Origin: Antedon mediterranea
Lineage: Eukaryota; Animalia; Echinodermata
Length of the DNA: 64,000 bases
Reading direction: 5' to 3'
NCBI RefSeq assembly: GCF_964355755.1
Contig: NC_092675.1
Coordinates: forward strand, 3,095,812-3,159,811
Part shown: positions 25,201 through 34,510 of the stretch, piece after piece
Layout of the letters: each line of letters begins with the position of its first letter
Numbering within the stretch: the first letter of the stretch is position 1
Position numbers and translations under genes: made by a program
The notes under the pieces: model-generated
Seen by the model: only the letters and a program-made list of their open reading frames with translations
Told to the model about the DNA's origin: nothing
Database searches by the model: none

Positions 25201-28200
25201 GGGTTGATGCATTCAATTTTATGTACTCCGTCTAACCACAACTTTGTATAACTGTTAATCCACGTGCTTTTATATTAAACACATTTCTACATTATTGCTC
25301 AATGTAATTATTTTAAATAAACAGAGGACTGTATTGTTAACTCGTGTCTACACTATCAAACTTTATGTGATAACAAAATGTGATGTGCCCATATATGGAC
25401 ATAATGATTTCCTATCACTACCATATTTGGGCATATCACTACCATATTTGGGCACATCACACTTTTTTTTGTGTGTAGACAGAGCTTTAAAGTGTAGTAT
25501 ATTCTATTGATTGTATGTCAGAGATATTCTGTCGTACAACATTATTGAACAAAAGAATGTCATGATTCCAAATATCTCTGTATTTAATGTAGCATAACTG
25601 TGAATGTTCAAATCTATAAAAAGAGTGAACAGCAGAGAGTATGCAGAATAAAACAAATGTAAAGGTATATATTTAGTCTTGGTCAATAAGCAAAGGCAGC
25701 ATTTAGTATGGCAAAGCAAGTACAATACTAATACGTGTTGAGGCCAAAATTAGTAAGTTGCGCTACTTAGTAATTACTGTAATGTAATTCTCAGACATCC
25801 CTGGTATCTTGACTATTTTAAAATAGCACACCGTACGTTTGGATATTATTATTATTGAATTATTATTATTATTATATTATTTAAAGTATTATTATTGAAA
25901 TACAGCCCTCACTATGATTTGGTCAAACCTTTACTACCAAAGTTGGGACCTCTGGTTTCTAATGATATTTTTGTTGATCATTTGCATATCAAATTTATCA
26001 TGCCAGTTGTGGAAATGAAGTAAAGGAACTATAGACTTCTTCCACCTTATATTTTTCTATTCTTACTCCTGATAGTTTATTATTCCAAGTTAGGACCTCT
26101 GGTTTCTAATGATATTTACTTTTTGCTGATCATTTGCATATCAAATTTATCATGCCAGCTTTAGCAATTGTCCGGACATTTTCAAGTAAAAGAGCAATAG
26201 ACTCACGTAAACTCTTCTTCCATCTTATACTTTTCTCCCTTTGTTCCTTGTATTACCACAAAGGGTAGGTCAGAGTCTGTTGCCTCATATCCATATTCCT
26301 GCAACACTGCTCCAAATTCTCCTCTGTTAGCAACAGCGTAGTATAACTTTTGTTCAGCGTGCTTTTTGGCTACCTTCATTACCCTAAAATAAAATTATTA
26401 CATAGTAAATCACAAACATTTATTTTTCATGAAATCTTTCCTTTTTTTAAAAATTGTATCAGTTGTGTCTCTTTTTTTTTGGTTTTTAATCATGTACTAT
26501 AAATCAAAACTTGTGTAAATAGTTCTATAGTAAGAAACACACCAATATGGTGATTCAAGTGAATTGCATCCGTTTTAAAATAAAGTTATTATTATTATTA
26601 AACATCAAATTAAAAATAACAAAATGATGAATATGTTTCATACTATAAAGCAACTTTGAGCTTTTAAAGGTTTTAGAAACTCCACTTTGAGGAAAAAGAA
26701 TATGTTTGCTCTTTTAAGCACGCCAACACACACAAAACCACAATTTTATTTTTCATTTCTTAACAGAACTTTTAGCATTTTCCAAACCATAGACATTCTC
26801 AACCATACTTTATTTCCTTTTGGAAATGCATGGTATACCGCAAACCTAACTTGACTAGTGTTTATTCACCATGCAAACATTTAAACAATATATTATCATA
26901 TTTCTAGTTTATAACAAAAACCAAACTGTTACCTGTTTCTCCAATAGTTTGTGCCTGAAATAAAAACAAAATGTTGGTTATTTCAAGCTTATGATGTTAA
27001 TGGACTAGAGTATTACGTTCTGTATTTTTACATACACCTTAAATTCCAAAAGGTGGGTTGCAAGATTAAAGGAATCACAGTATGTATCATAAGTAAGTTG
27101 CGGATGTGACCATTATCCGATAGGGATGCTAAACGGATTTTCTTTTTTCCTAATTGTATCCTTTCTTCGGGGCGAGGGCTATATTGTCGGTTTATCCAGG
27201 TAAGCAGGCACGAAATAGACAATTCATTCAGTTCACAAATGTAGACAATTGTGTCTATAGACAATGTTGGAGAACTTTTGATATAGAACATTACACCTAA
27301 AAAATAATGTTTATTTTCAAATGATCTTCTTGTGTTTAATATAGCATAACTGTGAATGTTCAAATCTATGTTAAGAGAGTGAACAGCAGAGAGTATGCAA
27401 CATTACACTTCTTCATCCATTAAAAAAAAGCCAATTTAACAGGTCAATTTTAGTCTGACAATTTACCTTTTGTGTTTTTGACGTAATCTACATTATAATA
27501 TGCCACGAGGAGTGGTTTTTGGAATTGGTCTTGGTTGTCCGTTGTCATATGTCCGCACAGCCCCTTGCTAAAAATAAATACAATAAAACAAATTGATCAT
27601 CGACAAACAATGTATTTGATGTGTTACATAGCGGTAGACATTACCGGTCCAACATTTCTAATACAAATAGGTTTCGTAACAGCTTTTATCCAGCTGCCAT
27701 TCAGGCACCAGTATACCGTGCAAGAGTGATGCGACACTTGTTTTTATTAGTTTTTTTATTTATTTGTTTTTGTATCTCAGAGCAAACATAATTTCTATGT
27801 ATATTTTATATGCAAATAAATGGAAATAATTTTCCACTGATGAATAATTTAATGTACAGGCCTTCTGCTAACTGTATAGTTTTGGAACAAACCGAATAAA
27901 ATAAAATAAATCCAAAAATTTTTTTTCTTTAACATTAGTGCTTCGGCAATGAAACTGTAATTTAGTTAGTAAAAAAAAACTTTTTCAATATAGTTGTTGC
28001 TGTTATTAAATTATAAGAAGCAATTACTTTCTTTTGTCATACAGTACAATTATTTGCAATACTTACCTGTTTTCTACAACAAAATTTTCCAACTTGTCAG
28101 CTTTGATACTTCCATCATAGACAACTTTGCCTTCCTCAAACTTGCTATTGAGTCTCTTTGGTCGGTACAAAACAACTTGACTGAAAATGTTATGAATTAT

Positions 28201-31200
28201 TTCAGTTATTATTTAATAATACAGTATATTATATAGACTACATCTACAAAACAACTTGACTGAAAAAGTTATTTTTTAAGTTATTATTTAATAATTATAT
28301 AGATTACATCTACAAGTATATTGAAATATATTGATATGAAATATCAGGTACACTAATTTTATGTCGAATACATGGATAATTTAGCCGCAGCCTGGCACCT
28401 GCTGTTTGCTAAAAACTGTTACCAGATAGTTAGCTAATCTAACTTCAGATAAATGTATGGCAAGGCCTGAAATTAACTATAAATTATTAATTTTCTATGA
28501 GAATTATGGATAAATATTTTTAATATATTAAACAGATCAGTTTTTCATGGAAATCTAATTTTGTTTTGCAATATAAGATTTCTTTATTATTATAATAATA
28601 TACCATAAATTCACAGTGGATTGGACTTGATGGTTAATGTGTTACTCCTTCTAATCCCAAGTTCCAGAGTTTAATTTCAACCTAGTGCCAATGGCGTACT
28701 AACAAAGTCAAATTATAAAGGTGTTCGGGCACAGGGAAACTTTCATCACTATATTGAACATCAACACTGTAGACTAAAATAGCACAAAATACGATTCAAT
28801 GTTATAAATGTCATAACTACTGACTGTAGAGACAATGTGCTAAAACAACGCAACTTCATCAGTGTGAACAGAACCTTAGTTTATAAGCACGATATAGTGT
28901 ATGAATAAAATATCCTATGGTACTCTTTGAAGTACAAATTAAACTAACAATACTCACTTAGAATATCCAAATTCTTTTAGAACATCTGCAGATGTTGTAT
29001 AACCAAATCGGTAGTCTTCAAACTTTTTACCAGCTGCCTTGTCGAACTGTTTTTTATCGTCATTATTGTCAGCGAAAAAGCCTGAAATAGTAACAAATGT
29101 TTAGTTTAGATGCAAGGAAAAAAAGAAAGAAAAGAAACAGGCTAAATCCTAATACCATTGTTGATGGTGGTACTGTATAAAGATGTTATCTGCAATAGTC
29201 CCAATCTACTTCAATTGTTTCTGGCCAAGGCTAGCAGATTTCTATGCAAGTCAATACATTTGGCACTAGAATCTAGGCTTAAAGTCATTGTTGATATCTG
29301 TGTGTAATTCCAAATGTAAAATCAAATTATATTATGGGTAGTTAGTTCAAGGCAGAGACCATCCTAACCACTCACCAATTGTTTGAACAGTTCCATTGAT
29401 CTGAGGAAGAAGAGCCTAAAGCTTTGTCTACACCATCAAACTTTATGTGACAACAAAATGTGATATGCCCATATATGTACATGATGATGTCATATCATTA
29501 CCATATTTGGGCATATCACTACCATATTTGGGCACATCACACTTTTTTGTGTGTATAGACAGAGCTTTAAAACCTAGTATATTCTATTGATTGTATGTCA
29601 GAGATATTCTGTCGTACAACATTATTGAACAAAACAATGTCATGATTCCAAATATCTCTGTATTTAATGTAGCATAACTGTGAATGTTCAAATCTATAAA
29701 AAGAGTGAACAGCAGAGAGTATGCAGAATAAAACAATGTAAAAGGTGTATATTTAGTCTTAGGATTAAACATCAAACAAAGGCAGCATTTGAGAACATCA
29801 CGCTTTTTTGTGAAACTAGTTTAATAGTGTAGACAGAGCTTAATTCAATCACATTACATATTCATGTTCTTATTTACCTATAACACCAACTTCCGTGTGG
29901 GCAATAAATGCATTTACATCTTCTATCGTTGCCAGTTCCTTTGTAACAGCCGCTGATTGTTTTTTCATATAACTAACAATTCCATCTATGAAAAGAAAAT
30001 CATTTAGTTGTTATTATAAAGTACAAATCACTCTCGTGGCCTTTACAAAGAACCAGGGATTTAAACAAATAAAGAGTGTAGATGAGTGAACATGACATTG
30101 ATTAAATAACTTTAAATACATAGACATTTTGGATTATTATTTTAAAATCTTTATTAATCACCAACCTACAGTAAATATATGGTAATGAGTAAACAAACCT
30201 ACTCACAAGATGCATAGGTTATGTATATATTTATATTAAATCTAGACAAGAGCCACCGTATATGTTCAACAATATTATTAGTATATTAAAAATAATTAAT
30301 TAAAACTATTATGAAGATCACATAAATTCTTACAAATGTTTGATTTAAAAAAAAATAGTTTTATTGATTCTTTAAATATATTTAATGGTTCCTCTTTATT
30401 TTGAGGCTCACTTTCTGAGTTGCGATCATGTTGATAATATATTTGTACTGTATGGTTGTATTTGCAAATGTCCTACGAATCCATAATCTAATGATGTGGA
30501 TATTGTAATATTGTGGATATAATCTAATTGGCCAATTACACCATTAAAATGCACTACAGCTGCTCCATAGGGGATTCTCCCAATTAGATGTTTATCTAGC
30601 AATTTTTTTAAATGATTGTAGTTTTTAAAATCACATGTACTGATAATTTTCACACCATATGGAATCTTTTAAAACAATGTGATTGTGATCAAGAAAAACT
30701 ATGTTTCTGTAAATTTTCTGATTATTTTGTTTCATATTCAAATGTGGTTATAAATTTAAAACCTACACTGTCCATATAATTTGTTTGTTCTGTATGATGT
30801 TTAACTGTAAGTAGTGCTTTTCGTTTCACAACACAGCAGCATTTCTACGCATTTTTTAGAGTGCGCAGAATTATCATTTTCCACCATAGCAGCGTAGTGC
30901 TTCATGCAAATGAATAGCCTCTGTTGTTGCATGTCGTCGTTACATATACTTTTCTTTGATTCAACTTTTTGTTGTACAGTATACCAGTATCACATGGATA
31001 CCAGCATAATACAATTTATTGTTATAATAACGCAATTACCAATATTGAAAGAATTTACCTTAAGACAATACAAGCATAAATTTACTATCAAAACATATCA
31101 ATCAAATTCATATTTTAACATTTTCACAGATCATTAATAAAGTATTAAATATAACATTAAGTACAGAAAATTTTTGCTGTAAGCTCATTTAAAAGCATTT

Positions 31201-33097
31201 AAATAGCATTTATTAATATTAAGTTTTAGGTGTACCTGCGTTTCTTGCTCCAGAGTAATCGGCAGACATTTCACCTCCTCGGAATATCTTGAGTGTTGGA
31301 TAGCCAGACACTCCATACTTGGCACAAGTATCTTTACTCGCTGTACAGTCAACCTACAGTATTGAAAGAAAACAAATAAAAGATTATAATTAATATTACA
31401 TTAAAAACAGATGATGAAGAAAGGCTTTATCATTACATCGTGCATATGTGTGGTTAACAGTATATTATTATGTGTGTAAGGAATTGTGTGTGTAAGTATG
31501 TGTTAGGAATGTGATTACTATCATGGTTCAGGCTAAGATGAAAATAAACTTGTTTGGCACTCTAGGCCTATGCTTCAATCACACATCTGCAACATTTTTA
31601 GAGAAGCCAGAGCTATAGTAGGATAATACCACCTTTATTAAATTATTAATGAAATAAGAAAAGAGAACCTTTTATAACTTTAATCGTGACCCCATGATGG
31701 CATTCCTTTCTCTTATTTACCTTTTCTTGTTTTTGTATTGTATCACTGTTTCCTATTGTTTATTATTCTTGTATTATTTGTCTTACTATTAATATTATTG
31801 AATAAATTTTATTGAATGAATAGAAGAATGATATACTGAATCAAAAAGATGGCAATGATAATAGGAGAATGTCAATATTCTTTAAAATAGGTAATCTGAA
31901 ACCTATACTGCCATACAGAGATATAAAGAATCGTTATGTCTAAAGATACGGTACCGTATTCATACTTTTAAAAACTAAAGGCAGGGAACATTTTCGCCAG
32001 TGTAGCGTAGCAAAAAGCTATACAAAACAACCTTATTGCTACACAAAATACAATACAAAACTATGTTTCTGGACTTATAAATCAGTTTGATTAGCAATAT
32101 TGCTAAACAAAATTTTTAAATGAAAATTTTCCCTGTAAGGTACGGTAATTATAGAGGGCGCTATGTAATGTGGATGTTAATCAAATAGGTTATTGCATTG
32201 GTTTTCTGCAAGCCAGCTGTGTAGCCTAGTGGGCATGTGATGAGGCTTTGGCTTAAGGGGTTGGGGGTTCGATACTCTTCTTGACGTCTTTTTTTTTTTT
32301 TTTAGTTTTTAATTTAAGAGAGATTATTTAGAGGGTTAGGTTTTTAATATTTAGGAAGGAGTTTAATATTTAGGAAGGAGTTTTATATTTAGGAACGAGT
32401 TTTATATTTAGGTACGAGTTTTAGGAATGCATTTTACCGTACTTTTAGCAAACGGAAGCGCCCTCTATAATTACCGTATCTTTAGTTTTTAAAAGCATGG
32501 ATACGGTACCGTATCTTTAGCAACGGCGATAAAGAATTATTTTGATCTTAAGAAAAAGACCTAGTAGTGGTAGGGTGTACTCACTTTAGCAAGTGCTACT
32601 GGAGGATCAGCAGATTTCAGTTTTGTAGCTGCTATCTCATATTCTGGAGCAAGCTTTTTACAGTGGCCGCACCTGTATGTAGTTGTGAATGAATAAAATT
32701 AGAAAGCACACTTTTTTACACATTGCAACACACATTTTATACAATGTCAAAGGTGGCGAATAAAATCATACAGTCGGCCTGGCCTTGCCTTACTGCACTA
32801 GCCTACTACGCCTACTGACTGGGTAGACGTCGTGGGCCTCACAACCACTACAAGAGGCCTACTAGAAGCCTAGGCTACTACGCCGGCGGTGGGCTAGGTA
32901 GGCCTAGCCTAGGCCTAGGCCCCTACCTAGGCTAAAACCGAAAGTGGCTTCACAACTTACCATGGAGCAAAGAATTCTACTAGTATTATATCATGTCGAC
33001 CAATTTCAGATACAAAATCACTATCTGAGAGTTCTAAAACATCGCTATCTGCAATGGCTAAGCCAACGATTGCCAGAAAATATACAAAGAAATTCAT
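22107..33097 (-). CDS. PDIA3: Protein disulfide-isomerase A3 (ERp57), ~483 aa, 13 coding exons
   Basis: 13 GT-AG exons total 1452 nt in frame: signal peptide [108 protein letters not shown]-terminal KTEL. Confidence 0.96.
22352..22595 (+). mobile_element. tRNA-derived SINE with Nin/Deu-like core
   Basis: A box TAGCCGAGTGG, B box GGTTCAATGCC, core CACTCAGCTGTAAAATGAGTACCTG, tail CACCTTTACCTTTT; partial related copy at ~59335-59430. Confidence 0.75.
22741..22820 (-). CDS. PDIA3: PDIA3 exon 12
   Basis: [27 protein letters not shown]. Confidence 0.95.
24323..24451 (-). CDS. PDIA3: PDIA3 exon 11
   Basis: [28 protein letters not shown]. Confidence 0.96.
24937..25045 (-). CDS. PDIA3: PDIA3 exon 10
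   Basis: RDGSSLDAF...[16 protein letters not shown]. Confidence 0.94.
25513..25645 (-). ncRNA. Box H/ACA snoRNA candidate (PDIA3 intron 9)
   Basis: Host-sense, 133 nt: hairpin 1 (GCAUAC..UGUUCA/UGAACA..GUUAUGC), H box ACAUUA, hairpin 2 (CAGAGAUAUU/AAUAUCUCUG), ACA + 3 nt. Confidence 0.8.
26207..26383 (-). CDS. PDIA3: PDIA3 exon 9
   Basis: VMKVAKK...[10 protein letters not shown]. Confidence 0.93.
26933..26954 (-). CDS. PDIA3: PDIA3 exon 8 (22-nt microexon)
   Basis: tttcag|GC ACA AAC TAT TGG AGA AAC AG|gtaac = (G)TNYWRNR; required for frame. Confidence 0.92.
27262..27399 (-). ncRNA. Box H/ACA snoRNA candidate, diverged paralog (PDIA3 intron 7)
   Basis: Hairpin 1 and pocket conserved, H box AUAUUA, hairpin 2 diverged in sequence but still paired, ACA + 3 nt. 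Confidence 0.75.
27467..27567 (-). CDS. PDIA3: PDIA3 exon 7
   Basis: [32 protein letters not shown]. Confidence 0.94.
28067..28180 (-). CDS. PDIA3: PDIA3 exon 6
   Basis: [23 protein letters not shown]. Confidence 0.93.
28958..29081 (-). CDS. PDIA3: PDIA3 exon 5
   Basis: GFFADNN...[13 protein letters not shown]. Confidence 0.92.
29420..29840. mobile_element. Composite family-A MITE containing the snoRNA segment
   Basis: Outer TIRs flanked by TAA/TAA; extra internal right end at 29566. Confidence 0.75.
29593..29725 (-). ncRNA. Box H/ACA snoRNA candidate (PDIA3 intron 4), near-identical to the intron 9 copy
   Basis: Differs from 25513-25645 by one visible substitution in the hairpin-2 loop region. 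Confidence 0.78.
29878..29985 (-). CDS. PDIA3: PDIA3 exon 4
   Basis: [18 protein letters not shown]...VGVI. Confidence 0.93.
31236..31353 (-). CDS. PDIA3: PDIA3 exon 3
   Basis: [39 protein letters not shown]. Confidence 0.95.
31930..32530. mobile_element. Nonautonomous TIR element with nested inverted repeats and an internal tRNA-like segment
   Basis: TIRs CTAAAGATACGGTACCGTAT..TTTTAAAAACTAAAG at both ends; internal IR TACGGTAATTATAGAGGGCGCT; AAAGA on both flanks. Confidence 0.7.
32585..32672 (-). CDS. PDIA3: PDIA3 exon 2
   Basis: [29 protein letters not shown]. Confidence 0.95.
32961..33097 (-). CDS. PDIA3: PDIA3 exon 1
   Basis: ATG at 33097; ...EFFAP-W|gtaag. Confidence 0.93.
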
Positions 33098-33184
33098 TAT
33101 TAAACTATTTTACCGGTAGGCCTACACCCTCAGCAGCAATAAAGGGATCTTTTCGTGTCGTGATTTTCAGCCTTGGATATGATC

Positions 33185-33230
33185 AACGTGGAAAGTTCAC
33201 GCTCTGCTTTGTGTCGCGCTGTGATTGGTT
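33185..33230 (-). promoter_or_regulatory. PDIA3 proximal promoter: CCAAT box and CCACGT motif (UPR/ERSE-like)
   Basis: Minus strand CCAAT-N9-ACACA (imperfect ERSE) and TTCCACGT, ~90-130 nt upstream of the ATG. Confidence 0.4.
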
Positions 33231-33504
33231 ACGGCTGGCAAATTACAACCATTTTGATAAGGTGTGTTATTCTTCATTCTTTTCACTATAAAACATAAAA
33301 AAAAAACTATAAAACACAACTATGATAGTAAATATACAATACAAAAATATAATGTAATTGTATCACCCTATATATTTCTGAAACGTTTAAACTGACAAAC
33401 TATACATAATATGAATAACAATTTATTTACCCTTAAAAAAATAGAACCGTCCTAATATAAAAACAAGTGTATAATAACAATCTTTTTAAGCATATGAGTG
33501 TCTG

Positions 33505-33577
33505 GATTTCGTGGTGTAGCGGTTATCACATCTGCCTAACACGCAGAAGGTCCCCGGTTCGATCCCGGGCGAAATCA
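33505..33577 (+). tRNA. tRNA-Val(AAC)
   Basis: Full cloverleaf GATTTCG/CGAAATC-A, anticodon arm TCTGC-CTAACAC-GCAGA, GTTCGATC T loop, oligo-T terminator. Confidence 0.96.
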
Positions 33578-33677
33578 GACTTCTTTTTTTTACAACATTA
33601 ACGAATTGAAATAGCATTTTTTTACCATCACTGATAATTTTTGTAAGGATTAAATTTAAAATGTTTCCCCTTCAATT

Positions 33678-33709
<32 letters not shown>

Positions 33710-33833
33710 TTGAAAAAAATAATAAATAAATACTTTACTACTATAGTAAGTAAGGTAGGTCTAAGGTATAATGAAGGTATTATTAATAAGTACTGTAAAG
33801 GTAATTAATGACAATTATTAAAAAATACATAAT

Positions 33834-33906
33834 TGATTTCGCCCGGGATCGAACCGGGGACCTTCTGCGTGTTAGGCAGATGTGATAACCTCTACACCAC
33901 GAAATC
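33834..33906 (-). tRNA. tRNA-Val(AAC), D-loop variant
   Basis: Same as 33505 copy except TAGAGG instead of TAGCGG; T-run downstream. Confidence 0.93.
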
Positions 33907-34437
33907 TTGTTTTACTGAAGCTAAATAAAATTAATCAAATCAAACGTTGTTGTTGTAGTTGGGCGGACTCTAATCGGGACTCAAAATAAAAGAAAATAAT
34001 TACAAATAAATAATGTAAAATACCACTGGTTTTTTTTTTTTATAAAGAAGTAATAATGAATACAGTTTAATAATCATTTCTGGGGCACCAGACATTCCAT
34101 GTTATGGTGACTCTATTGCTTTTGGGGTTCCAGAACATGATGGAGAATAAATAAATGAGATTGTTAAATTTTGAAAAACGTTACATAAATGAAATTAGAG
34201 AAACAAAAACCAAGAATTTAATTAATTTGCGACGTAAACCATGCTTAAACAAAGTAATAAAATGATATTATGACATGAGATAAATAATGATATGTGTTTT
34301 TTTTTAATATTACAATAAATACAATTTCAAGAACAAAATCGACACGTCGACTAAGTAGTCTATTATGATGCACCACAAGACAGGAATTTATTAAACCAAA
34401 AATAAACTTATACAGTAAATAATAAGAAAAAGAATCT

Positions 34438-34510
34438 TGATTTCGCCCGGGATCGAACCGGGGACCTTCTGCGTGTTAGGCAGATGTGATAACCGCTACA
34501 CCACGAAATC
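34438..34510 (-). tRNA. tRNA-Val(AAC)
   Basis: Identical to the 33505 copy; TTTTT terminator. Confidence 0.96.

Noticed and set aside
33187-33228. Canonical ERSE or ERSE-26
   Set aside because: CCAAT-to-CCACG spacing is 32 nt; the N9 site reads ACACA, so only an imperfect match
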